A stretch of 64,000 nucleotides of DNA, taken from NCBI GenBank assembly GCA_000002435.2, contig CM018793.1. One strand, 5' to 3'. Shown in pieces: positions 47,701 through 57,300 of the stretch. The position numbers and the translations under genes are program-made. The notes under the pieces were generated by a model that was not told where the DNA came from, searched no databases, and was given only the letters and a program-made list of their open reading frames with translations. Position 1 is the stretch's first letter. Every line of letters begins with the position of its first letter. The DNA comes from Giardia intestinalis (lineage: Eukaryota).

Positions 47701-50700
47701 CTCAGTGCAAATCTATCCTTGCAGACCTTACACCCAGTACTATCGCACTTCTTACACCCGGGTGTGCATGCAACACACGAGTTCCCACTGGCATAGTACC
47801 CATCCTGGCAAGAGGCGCAGGTATTTGCCGCATCGCACGTCAAGCAGTGGAGCACGCTGCAAGCAACACACTTTCCGGCCGCAAGATAGAAGCCGTCTGC
47901 GCATCCCGTGCATTTTGTTGCACTATCCTGGCACGTCTTGCAGCTCTTATCACACATCTGACAGAACTCAGCAGACTCATACATCCCATCCGGACACTTA
48001 GTAAAGCATGCAACCGTTGCAGGACTTCCATCCTTGGTTATCTGGAATGACTTAACACCCTGTTTGCACGACCTGCAGATGCCATCTCCCTTGACGGTGC
48101 AGTCATCCGAGACCTTGCACTCCCCATCAACGGGCACCTCATCCTTCTGCTTACACTTCGCACAAAACGACCCTGCGCCCGATGTCACGACATCCTGGGC
48201 GTCGCAGATGTCCCCCGCCTCGAACGACCCCGCTTCATAGCAGCCACCCTTGTACTTGATGTATCTGTGGGTGCAGTATTTGCAGGTGCCATTAGCTTGT
48301 TTATATTGTATGCACACGCCTGCGGCCACTGAAGCACACACGCCGTTGACTGGGCCCTCGGCGTCAGCAGCGCACTGGGAGCAGTAGAACGTGCCCAGGA
48401 CATCACACTTGTCCTTTCTGCACCTGTGCTCCTTGGGGTCTGCCTCTGCCTCAACGCACGTTTGCACGCACTCCGTTCCCCCGTTCATTGGTCTGTAGAA
48501 CTGCTCGCAGGCAACACAGACCAGGAGTCCGTTGGAAACCTTGCAGCTCTTGCAGTGGGGTATGCCCTTCAGCGTGTCGCTGTTCTCTGTGCACGGAACA
48601 CACGAGTCGCTGATACTTGAGCGGTCGGGGGGCGCGTAGTATCCCTCTTTACAAATATCACAGATCCCATTGTCAGATCCGATGCTTTTGCATAGTATAG
48701 TTCCGGGAGCAAGGTCTGCTGAGACACAACTCCCTTTAAGCAGAAAATGATTGTCAACACAATAATAACATCGTCCAGTAGGCACACGGGCCAAAACGCA
48801 CGGAGAAAGCTTGCTGTCAGACATAGGAATGCAGTGCCCATTAACTGGCAGATCAGATAAAATGCTACATCGGAAGCAATACGTCACGCCATCCATTACA
48901 GCATACTCGCCACAAATGGCGTTTCCTGGATAGGTCTTTGGATTATAGCAACCATTCTTATAATAAAAGAATAATCCTGCGCATCCAGTGCATGTACCAT
49001 TTGGCACACCCGACTTCTTACATATATTCTCCTTATCGACACTAGTACATTTGCCATCGATAAGAGCATCTGTATTCAACGCGCACTTTGAACAAAAGGT
49101 AGCTCCAAGCACATTACAAAAATCAACGGCACACTGACCTGATCTAGGTTGTAGCGAGTCAGTCGGGAGAGGGCAGCTTTCCTCGCATACACCGTTAACC
49201 AATAAATAGCGATCTAGACAGCTTGTGCAGTGTCCTGGACCAGAGATTAGGGGAGCTAAACACGTTCTACAAAAAGCTATACCGGTGTAGCCGAAAATTC
49301 CACCTACATCGCTACAGTGAATGCACGATTGAATCGTTGAGCTTCGAACAGGATTGAGATAATAAGTTGGTCCACATACTTCGCAAACGCCTGCTCTTGC
49401 TTTAGTGCATATCTGTGGATAAAATTCTGGTGTAAAGCAAACTGTACGGTGCAAGAAATATCCAGCTCCACAACCAGTGCACACTCCCTCTTTGCACGTA
49501 TTTCCATAAGTTTCGGTGGTGCAAGATCCGTTAATAGGATATTCTGTTTCGAGAGTGCATTTCTTACAATATGTAAATCCATAACCTGTAAGTGTGTGTT
49601 CCTTTTCACATATCGGTATTACTGGCTTAATCGTATTGTAACATCCACCGTAGTAGAGAAGATAGCCTTTTGAGCATCTCCGGCATCTACCGCCCTCCAT
49701 AACAGCACACTCGGGAGCATCTTCCCGTAGAGGCCGGCAAACCCCATCTATGGGAACCTCACGTTCTATACTACACCTTTCGCAGAATGTCTTATCACGA
49801 ACAACACATCCTCCGTAAATGCAGCCCCCAGGCGTGAGTTCCTCCGTGCAAGCTTTAACACATGAGTCCTTACCTTCATTCTTTTGAAGCTGATAACTAT
49901 AAGCGCAACTATTGCAAACGTCCACGCCCCCATCACAGTTTACGCAGTACTTGATGTTACATGGTCTGCATTCTGATCCAACATGGGTATATCCAGAGGC
50001 ACAAACTGAACAAGTAGCTGTGTCGTCGACATCCTTACAAATACTGAGGCCGATGGGCGTTCCTTTTTCATAGCATCCTCCTTTGTAAGGAAAATACCGA
50101 GGTGGACACTCTGTGCAGCGGCCAGATACTACTTTGGCGCCCATTAAGGCAGATGTGCACTGTCCATTTATGGGGCACTCATTATCATTTGCGCAACAAG
50201 AACAAAGTGCAGACGAGAAAATGTTGCAATGATCAGACTTACATGACCCCGGAGCAAGACCGTTTGTCCAGCACGATATTTCGCAGTGATTTTCTGTTAG
50301 GAGATATCCCCTTTCGCAGACTGTGCATTGCGCTCGTTGGCCTCGTGGAAGAGGTAAGCATTTTGCACAGTGAGCTATGCCAGCGTTATCGTACTGAAGA
50401 AGTACATCATTACAATACTTGCACATACCTTTCCCCATCGAAAACACTTGAAAGAATATTTCTGGAGCACAAGAAGTACAATCATTCGCGTTAGGACCAA
50501 GGCATGAAGCACAATTTGAATGGCATGGAATACAATCTCCTCTGTTGCGAAAATAGTTGTCTACACACGCTTTGCATTTCCCAGCATTATCCACCTCGTT
50601 ACATATGACGTTTCCTGGAGCAGATTCTGGGGAATAACATCCACCTTGGTAAATGAAGTAATTCTTACCACAAGAGGTACACTTAATAGAGACAGGTGTT

Positions 50701-51812
50701 GGTAGACCGCCGGCTGAATCTCGACAACCAGAAGTTACAACTAGCGGATTATTGTATGGCACACATACTCCGTTGATTGGAACGAAACCAGGCGTACCAC
50801 ATTTCGCACAAAAGGTTGCACCCCTAATATCAGTAGTGTAGGCACATGCCTTAAGTCCTAGCTCAGTATCCACACGATAACATCCGCCTTGAAAAAGGAT
50901 GTATCCCTTTCCACAGTTATCACACATTCCCAACGAGATGGATATATGGAGACAAATATTCTGGTCATTAGAAGTGCAAACTCCGTTAATCGGTACTTCG
51001 GTGCCAAGAGAACAGTGGGCACAGAGTTTGTTCTCAAAAGCAGTACATCCATCTTCAGCACACTTTCCAGACTTGGCTATTTTACTTTTATCACAAGTGA
51101 GAATACATGTACGAGTCTGTGAATCATATGAATAGTTATCAATACAAAGAAGACACTCATTAGGCGTTGCACCCGTACACATCAAGCAATTGCTAGGGCA
51201 AGTAAGACACTGATTTCCAGCCAAATAATATTGTGCTTGACAAGAGAGGCATTTCAAAGAATCACTGGTACTCATTGTACAAGAGCGACAATTTTCTATA
51301 CCGTAAGGTTTATCTGAACACCTTTTACAGAGAGACCCATCAAGAAAACGATCCGGAGGACAACTCAGGCACTGATTTTCAGAACTTCCAGAACAAGAAC
51401 TGCAGTGAGCATGACAGGTCTTACAAGTCTGAGGAGTTGCTTGAGTGTCGAGATAGTAACCTAAAGAGCATATTTTGCAAAGATTCCTGGCTAGATCAAC
51501 GCAAATAAGATTTCCAGGACTATAAAGTATATTGTAACACCCGCCCTCATGAATGAAATAATTCTTTTCTACACATGAAGAACAGGTTTTAGCAGAGTTT
51601 TTAAGAGGCTTACCTGCCTCAGAAGCGCAGCCGGAGGCCACAGCCCTGGGGTCGTCGTACGGGATACAGAGTCCGTTTATAGGAACCTCACCAGGGGTGG
51701 CACACTCAGAACAATACCGGCCCTCTAAAATAGTGCATTTTCCTATAGCGCACTCTCCAGGTCGATTCCCATGGGTACATGAGAGTGCAAGTCCAAAAAT
51801 GATCGCCAGCAT
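44223..51812 (-). CDS. High-cysteine membrane protein (HCMP, VSP-like), 2,529 aa. The 3' 575 nt lie in the left inverted repeat.
   Basis: Signal peptide 'MLAIIFGLALSCTHG'. Hundreds of CXXC / CXC motifs. A recurring 'GGCY' motif (YQGGCY, FQGGCY, LYYGGCY, ...). A single C-terminal TM 'ITGITLGVTVLVGGTIGLTFSLMA' with a short tail 'SKHKSQASGLRPLTA'. This is HCMP-like rather than VSP-like because there is no CRGKA ending. ATG at 51812 with AT-rich upstream. Stop TGA at 44223-44225. Composition switches from AT-rich codons (5' ~3.1 kb) to very GC-rich (3' ~4.4 kb) near 48650. Confidence 0.9.
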   Translation of the reverse strand: MLAIIFGLALSCTHGNRPGECAIGKCTILEGRYCSECATPGEVPINGLCIPYDDPRAVASGCASEAGKPLKNSAKTCSSCVEKNYFIHEGGCYNILYSPGNLICVDLARNLCKICSLGYYLDTQATPQTCKTCHAHCSSCSGSSENQCLSCPPDRFLDGSLCKRCSDKPYGIENCRSCTMSTSDSLKCLSCQAQYYLAGNQCLTCPSNCLMCTGATPNECLLCIDNYSYDSQTRTCILTCDKSKIAKSGKCAEDGCTAFENKLCAHCSLGTEVPINGVCTSNDQNICLHISISLGMCDNCGKGYILFQGGCYRVDTELGLKACAYTTDIRGATFCAKCGTPGFVPINGVCVPYNNPLVVTSGCRDSAGGLPTPVSIKCTSCGKNYFIYQGGCYSPESAPGNVICNEVDNAGKCKACVDNYFRNRGDCIPCHSNCASCLGPNANDCTSCAPEIFFQVFSMGKGMCKYCNDVLLQYDNAGIAHCAKCLPLPRGQRAQCTVCERGYLLTENHCEISCWTNGLAPGSCKSDHCNIFSSALCSCCANDNECPINGQCTSALMGAKVVSGRCTECPPRYFPYKGGCYEKGTPIGLSICKDVDDTATCSVCASGYTHVGSECRPCNIKYCVNCDGGVDVCNSCAYSYQLQKNEGKDSCVKACTEELTPGGCIYGGCVVRDKTFCERCSIEREVPIDGVCRPLREDAPECAVMEGGRCRRCSKGYLLYYGGCYNTIKPVIPICEKEHTLTGYGFTYCKKCTLETEYPINGSCTTETYGNTCKEGVCTGCGAGYFLHRTVCFTPEFYPQICTKARAGVCEVCGPTYYLNPVRSSTIQSCIHCSDVGGIFGYTGIAFCRTCLAPLISGPGHCTSCLDRYLLVNGVCEESCPLPTDSLQPRSGQCAVDFCNVLGATFCSKCALNTDALIDGKCTSVDKENICKKSGVPNGTCTGCAGLFFYYKNGCYNPKTYPGNAICGEYAVMDGVTYCFRCSILSDLPVNGHCIPMSDSKLSPCVLARVPTGRCYYCVDNHFLLKGSCVSADLAPGTILCKSIGSDNGICDICKEGYYAPPDRSSISDSCVPCTENSDTLKGIPHCKSCKVSNGLLVCVACEQFYRPMNGGTECVQTCVEAEADPKEHRCRKDKCDVLGTFYCSQCAADAEGPVNGVCASVAAGVCIQYKQANGTCKYCTHRYIKYKGGCYEAGSFEAGDICDAQDVVTSGAGSFCAKCKQKDEVPVDGECKVSDDCTVKGDGICRSCKQGVKSFQITKDGSPATVACFTKCPDGMYESAEFCQMCDKSCKTCQDSATKCTGCADGFYLAAGKCVACSVLHCLTCDAANTCASCQDGYYASGNSCVACTPGCKKCDSTGCKVCKDRFALRNNICTEECPVGLLPTSCAAGYCNVNGTLACSRCALLSSVIIDGKCKANDDACIRTTPSSGTCAACKDTHLLYYGGCYAKGATAGTAICDSQHQATLGPYTICKQCKRDGEVPIDGSCVALANTRAIRSQCVAATPSPTSCTRCGPRFFLHAGGCYEIGRSPGTVVCAVAVDSAVAGVCTSCASGYYSTDLLDPTKESCILCNDTGATNGYTGVDGCTECYPSETPKRVICTRCKDKHIPSEDGSRCIQSCNDSRSESGNCKAGSCTAMGSLYCSRCALDDEWPINGACTGHDTDYVCEKGKGVCTGCLRGYMLYMGGCYDPAAIPGSGICRELLTVGRRTYCKQCNLAGEFPINGLCTKDVPDGVSCSSGLCVICPENYFFHEGGCYDITTTPGSGICEVLGTGRDAGTCRRCRPGYRHNKETLTCMSCAVSNCASCEIDVKYCTECIQPYTLTGVGAGAYCTKPCKRVGQDACSWGSCTVMDGSLCSQCASSDYVPIDGVCTLYPGEARSLAGPCVKDAKKGRCTACRGSYFLHQGGCYSAGEYPGTGICDERDAVVVDGQVVCGRCLIDGEVPLDGTCAEPKEGLICSKGVCSHCGDGMFLFEGACYTKERAPGTSICGDTTESTSGCTACKAGFSKTDKGCVRCSDPNCGACVDDPNTCTACRAGYYLQSTSCIACHPACKTCDGMGADKCKECAEGYFGTFTTPGLGACLACSDTSGRDSWVGVSGCRLCEAPKVAGPALCKDCLPGYKALSTGTEVTCHAVCPMTYYEAADSCIPCAIDNCATCTSTRCTSCVPEHIWNGEECVPKICPPQCLCREQSIACIGCNENAVEVRPTHSSASRCLLCNDAGAGGGWTGVDGCQRCRLADRVGPVVCLACESGRKALTLDGMLLCPRDCPTEGFWTSGSECIPCAPGCLRCTSATTCSACSQGYYSTQSSVSAPSDCRPCDDVTSQNGFTGIPHCAVCAADRARAGVTCHACAEGYGLSGGSCSPCTAAGCARCDGGVCTSCKRGWHLAGDRCLACPSPCAACSSAASCLACADRYFQATPLGGPRDCVPCDQTAPQGLRMAGIHGCGLCQAQAGSGAVLCLRCADGNLPLENYCGGSSVKRRLGPGAITGITLGVTVLVGGTIGLTFSLMASKHKSQASGLRPLTA

Positions 51813-52020
51813 GTGATGCTATTTTTACATAAACGCCTTTATACATTAGAATCACACATCATAAATTTGGCTTTTCCAGAGCTAATTTCCTATTTTTGAA
51901 TACAAAAATATATTCCCATCTTTCAATCTGGTCTATTTATCACACTACAGTAGTGTTATTTAAACGCTCGTATGTGATGCTCCTAAAGATGGTTGAATCG
52001 TGCTAATTTTGCATTGTATT

Positions 52021-52596
52021 ATGTGCGCGGCAGACCGGGCAAGGGCGGGGGTCACGTGCCACGCCTGCGCGGAAGGCTACGGGCTCTCCGGGGGCTCGTG
52101 CAGCCCGTGCACCGCGGCCGGTTGCGCCCGTTGCGACGGGGGTGTCTGCACCTCCTGCAAGAGGGGCTGGCACCTGGCGGGCGACCGCTGCCTGGCATGC
52201 CCCTCTCCGTGCGCCGCCTGCTCGTCGGCAGCCAGCTGTCTGGCCTGTGCCGACAGGTACTTCCAGGCGACGCCCCTCGGAGGCCCCCGGGACTGTGTGC
52301 CCTGCGACCAGACGGCGCCCCAGGGGCTTCGGATGGCAGGCATCCACGGGTGCGGGCTCTGCCAGGCGCAGGCAGGGTCAGGCGCCGTCCTCTGCCTCCG
52401 TTGTGCGGACGGAAACCTCCCCCTGGAGAACTACTGCGGAGGCTCGTCGGTCAAGCGCCGCCTCGGCCCAGGCGCGATCACAGGGATCACCCTTGGCGTG
52501 ACCGTTCTTGTAGGCGGGACCATCGGGCTCACATTTAGTTTGATGGCATCCAAGCATAAATCTCAGGCCAGCGGGCTCCGGCCATTGACAGCTTGA
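52021..52596 (+). pseudogene. 3' fragment of an HCMP gene (191 codons: a few CXXC repeats, a TM segment and a tail), identical to the HCMP C-terminus. It begins with an ATG placed exactly at the repeat boundary, so it could be expressed as a mini-HCMP.
   Basis: From 52022 the sequence is the reverse complement of 44223-44797. The HCMP codon gtg (V) reads atg here. Upstream is an AT-rich 'gctaattttgcattgtattATG'. The 20 nt just upstream still show weak similarity to the HCMP (LILHCIMCAADR versus GIPHCAVCAADR). That suggests a diverged HCMP copy whose 3' end was homogenised with the left copy. Confidence 0.5.
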
Positions 52597-53807
52597 GCAG
52601 ATCTACGTTCCTGTTTCTGTGAAACTGGAACAATCGGGACCTATTCTTACCCTAGTTAGACTAGATAAATGGTTCCGCTTTATTAGTATTCGACTGAAAC
52701 CGCTCTAAATCTTGTTAGGTATAAATTCTTATCAGTGGCTATTTTCTGTCCCATGTCTAGGTCAGGACAGTAGCGTGCGCGAGTACACTTTGCGCGCCAC
52801 TGTAGAAAGATTCGTTGGGCCGGCGCTTTTGCGGTAGACGCTACAGCTAACAGTAGTGTCGCATATCTTATTCTACTAAGTATTTGTTTTAGAAGTTCAC
52901 TCTTCTTCCGAGCGATTTACAATCTCTCTACTATGTAGGTAAATAATATAACTAAAGGGGAAACTAAGCATAGTATTAATGTATACTTCTAGTAATCTGC
53001 ATACCTATGAGGTACGCCCAGCTGGTGCTATAGAGATTTGACCTCGGGCTAGTCTTCTTCGAAAAGATAAGCTAAACATAGTACAAAGATGGTGAGATGA
53101 GTAGTTAATAGCTCATGTAATGATAGTGACGTTGGCCATTAACCAATGGCTTTGTAGTTGCGTTTCCTATTAAGTTAGAATTAGAAAGAGATGGTATGAC
53201 AATTTCAGCGATTGCAAAAGAATCCGATTGTATGAGGTGGAACAATCTTCAAACTAAAAGTGAGAATGTGGTTGAAAGACTTGTGCACTTCGAAGCTTAC
53301 CTTTTAATGAATGCCAACCTATCTTCTAGAGTTTTGCTCTTCCAATGCCCATTCTACCTTTTTTATCTGAGCTACAAAAAACCCATTCATCTATGCATTA
53401 AAAGATGTATCACCTTTGCAGCTAGACACCGAGAATCAAGTGTGCATTCTTTCACAAGCTATACTTGCCGTGTAGAGGAGTAGCACGTTTCATGCATGCA
53501 ATACTAAATGTGACCTGTGGAGCCTAGCTCACTATAGACTGGCTACCTTTGGCGCCCAGCGCAGAGTTAATTACGTTGTGGCAGATCTATCTTCAAGGCT
53601 TGTGTCGGCTCATAGTACAGCCAGTTATATTCCGGAGTTCTAGGAATTGGTTTATTGTTCACTAAATATGGATGCATCATCACTGGCTGCAGATCACGAG
53701 CTTACTTACTTGTGCGACAGTCCGGTCAGCTGTCTTTGCAAATCGATACTTAGGGTCTGGGCCCACCGTGGGGCGGCGTATGCTAAGACGAAGGAAGGCG
53801 GGAAACG

Positions 53808-53879
53808 CTCCGGCGCCGGGAATCGAACCCGGATCTGTTGGGTGAGAACCAACCATTCTAGCCGTTATACTACGCCGGA
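53808..53879 (-). tRNA. tRNA-Glu (anticodon CUC), second copy in the right repeat arm
   Basis: Exact reverse complement of 42940-43011. Confidence 0.85.
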
Positions 53880-53946
53880 CTGGGGGCGCGCCAGATATAT
53901 TTATATTTTAATTCTTTTTATCAGAAGTACTTACAGAAGTGTTTAC

Positions 53947-54312
53947 TTATGAGTATGAGCTTGCGGGCCGCGCACAGCCCTCTGCGCTCGGTGGTGTCCA
54001 GGGACGGTCAGAGGCTGCCTTTGCGCCGCTTTGTGCCGCCATCTGCTCCCGCTCGAGGATCTCGACGTCCTGCAGACGGGCATCCAGAGGGCTGCGGGCA
54101 GAGGACTGGGGCGGGCACTGCGGGAACGGCCCCAGAGCTGGCTGCGCCTCGCTGGGGGCCCAGGTTGCCGACCCCCGAAGCCCGTCAGCAGCGAGGGCTT
54201 GCGCCTGGCTCTCGGCCGCCCCCAGCTGCGCGACCAGCATGCCGATCTGCGCCTGCTGGTCCTGGATGAGCTTCCGGTAGACGTGATTCTGCTGCTCCGT
54301 GTCTGCGATCAT
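53947..54312 (-). pseudogene. 3' gene fragment: a copy of the last ~135 codons of the ankyrin/coiled-coil gene 40428-42872. It sits just downstream of, and out of frame with, gene 54363-59345.
   Basis: Translation 'MIADTEQQNHVYRKLIQDQQAQIG...ARPASSYS' is identical to the C-terminus of the 40428-42872 product. The TAG of the upstream gene lies 6 nt outside the repeat. Confidence 0.6.
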
Positions 54313-54362
54313 CCGGAGGTACTTCTCCCGGGACTCGATCCCGAGCGCGGTCTGCTGTGAAA

Positions 54363-57300
54363 CTACCGTGCTTTTTCGAAGGGAAGTAACAAGCGAATAA
54401 TTTCAGTTCTTTCTGCCTTTATAGCCAAATCAAGTGCAGTAGCCCCGTCAGCCCTCTCCACGCCAGATTCGTATTCTCTGAGCACACTTACGGCATTTTT
54501 GTTTCCCATTTGTGATGCGAGCATTAAGGCTGTTGTACCATCTGGCCTGACACATCCTACATGGCGCAACTGTCGCCTCAAAACTCCAATTGGTGCATTC
54601 GAAAGTACAGCTCTCATCAGAGGAGTATCATCATGGTGTTCTTTAAGTAGAGCATCGCCATAAGAATCTTCGGTCTCGATCTTATGATTCGTTGCTGTAT
54701 TAATGGAGGAAGCAATGCCAGATGAAGACTCTAGATATCCATCTAGTTTCCTATCTGCCATGAGCATTCTTAGCTTCTTATTAGTTTGAGAAAGAGCATC
54801 AAGTCTTTGTAATGCTCCATCATGCTCCTTGCTTAGCTGCTCATATGACTCCTTATACTCACTTAAATGGTTTCTAGTGGAAATAAGTTGCTGTTCGATA
54901 TCATGGACCTGCCTATTTAGAGCTGTCGTCGTTTCATCCATATGAGATTTGAGATTGATAAATGAATGCACTGTTCTATTCAGTTTATCTTGTAATTCCT
55001 GCTTCTCTGACTCTAATAGCTCAACTGTACTAGATAAATTAATATCAGGCTCGGTAGCAGTGTCTGTCTGTGTCTGCGCTATAAGTGCTGTTAATGCTAG
55101 GTTTTCGTTAGCAAGTTGAGAAGCAGATGTGCGTAACTCTAATTGCTCTCTACGAGCTACCTGAAGCTCTGATGTGATATTGGACAGTTCCCTCTCAAGT
55201 TGAAGCCCTCGGCTAGTTTCTAACTCCAGCTGCCTCTTGGCAGATTCTAATTCTATAGAAATCTCGTAATTCTTACCCTTTAGTTCATCTTTCTGTTGTT
55301 TGAGGTCCAGTAACTCTGCATTCCTCTTGTCACTTATAATGTTATCATGTTCAGTCAAAGCTATGCGCTCTTGAAGCTGATTTTCTGCCTTCCTTAGCAA
55401 TGCTGTAACGGTGCTTATTTGATTTTCCTTTGAAGCTAGCTCTTCACGAAGATACCGTATTTCGTTCTGATGAATAGATAGCTCATTCTCAGCGTTATCT
55501 ATGATATCACGTGTCGCTTCAGTTTCTAGTAATTCATGACGTAAAGAGCGATTGAGAAGTTCTGTCTGGTGCAACTTAGATTGTATAGATGCCATCTGAA
55601 TACTCAGATGTTGGACAGTTTGAACAAGTGAGTTAGGAACGGCTACTTTATCTACTTCTGTGTATTTTTGTATTGAGTTGGAAAGTGTGCGACTGAGAGA
55701 TAAATGGTTAAATGCAGAGTTTCTTGCATCTGTGCTTATATTACAAAGATCTAATGCTGAATCTTCCTCGTTTCCACCACAAATACTCTGTAGCAGCTCC
55801 GCATATTGTATCCCCGAGAGTGTTATAATAGAATCAGCAGGAGAAAGCTCCGAATAACAGTCATGTAAAGATACGTTCAGATCGCTCTTCTTTACCGTGG
55901 TTGTTTGAGAAGTGCTCCGGGGAACTATAATGTTAACAATACTCGGGTCAGCATCATATTCATTAATCTCATTCAAATTCTCTGCTTGTTGCATTATAAC
56001 ATCGCGTGCTGGCTGGTTGTCAACGTCTGCATTGGAATGCAATTTTGTTGATGTAGACTGATATATTGCTGTTTGAACAATCTTGTCGCTGAATTGTATC
56101 ACATCGTGGTTTTCTAAATTATCCACGGTTTGAGTCTCTGTTGAAATAGCATTTTGGCGTTGCAAAATGGTGCGCCGCAACTCAACTAATTGTGCATTAA
56201 CATCTAAGAGCTCATCTTGTAACTCATCATTTCGTATCTGTAATTCCTGTCTATTTTTAATTATAGAATCAGATGCATCTCTTGCACGTTGAACTTCACT
56301 TTGCAATTGCTGGATTCGAAGATCCTTTTCTTGCACTTCAAGGTTAAGCTTATGGATATGCTGTTGAAGCGTTTCTTCAGTCGTTTTGTTCGCTGACGCT
56401 AATAGCTGACCTGCTATTTGCTCATTTGCAATGGATAACTTATTCTGAAGGTCATCATTTTGAGTATTGAGGGAGTCACATAATTCCTCAAGGTAACGTA
56501 GTCGTGCAGAGGTATCAGATGTGGGCACATGTCCTTTGACATCATGTTCTTGAGATAAACTATATAGGCCTTTTGGAGCAGAGGCTATTTGGGTTTCTAG
56601 TTGTAAACTGGAAACATGAGGCTCAGGATTGGCCGATCCGGATGTATCTAGATGTACAAGTACAGATGAAAGTTGTATGGTATCTGAATCTGATATCGCA
56701 GGACGTTTGTCTGTCTGTGTAAGAGTTAGCACGTTGGCTGATTCTTCTAAATCTAAATAGTCTCGAATAATGTGTGTCGTCTGTCCATATGCATTATCTG
56801 ATCCACTAGACCTAGAGATACTTCTAGACAATATTAGGCTTTGAGCCATGATAGACCGATCAACCAGTTGACATGATTGATCCGAGATTTGTCTTAGCTT
56901 CTCTGATAGCTGCACAATCGTATCATTTGCTAACAGCAGATCGTGTTCTGCTTGGGTATTCAGAGCAATTTGTTCAGTAAGTTGAATAATTTGAACATCC
57001 TTGGCTTTAAGTAAAGGTATCATCTCCTGTAGGTTCTCTACTTCTAGCATCTTTTCTTCTAACTGTTTTTTTAAATCGACTAGGTCATCTGTCGAGTGGG
57101 CAGATGCAACAGTCTCGTATTCTGCTAATTTTGCATCTAAAATGTGAACCAGTTTGGATAGCTCATCATTCTCATCTCTCACTTGCTGTAGTTCTAACAT
57201 CACGGATTTGACATCAGTATTATCAGAAACATCAGCAAGTTTATCAGACACTGCACAATCTGGGGTACGTTGTAGCTCTTCCTCCCGACGTTTCTCTAAC

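Larger units (their letters stand above)
52022..54357. repeat. Right arm of the 2,336-bp inverted repeat (partner at 42462-44797)
   Basis: See the left arm. ORFs 53196-53483, 53647-53952 and 53939-54280 translate identically to 43336-43623, 42867-43172 and 42539-42880. Confidence 0.85.

Noticed and set aside
44281-48841. Many 60-565-aa ORFs on the plus strand and in alternate minus frames inside the HCMP gene. Examples are 44472-46169 at 565 aa, 44281-44796 and 46697-47179. All are Arg/Ala/Pro-rich.
   Set aside because: They lie entirely within the GC-rich 3' part of the HCMP CDS and have the composition of stop-poor alternative frames of GC-rich coding DNA. They stop appearing where the gene turns AT-rich.
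51993-52538. 181-aa and 114/119-aa ORFs overlapping the right-arm HCMP fragment (51993-52538, 52003-52347, 52142-52501).
   Set aside because: These are mirror copies of the same GC-rich alternate-frame artefacts seen in the left arm.
42462-54357. The idea that the inverted repeats are terminal inverted repeats of a DNA transposon, or an IS-like composite element.
   Set aside because: There is no transposase or integrase-like ORF between or within the arms and no target-site duplication that I can see. The arms are made of ordinary host gene 3' ends plus a tRNA. It therefore reads as a segmental inverted duplication or conversion tract, not a mobile element.
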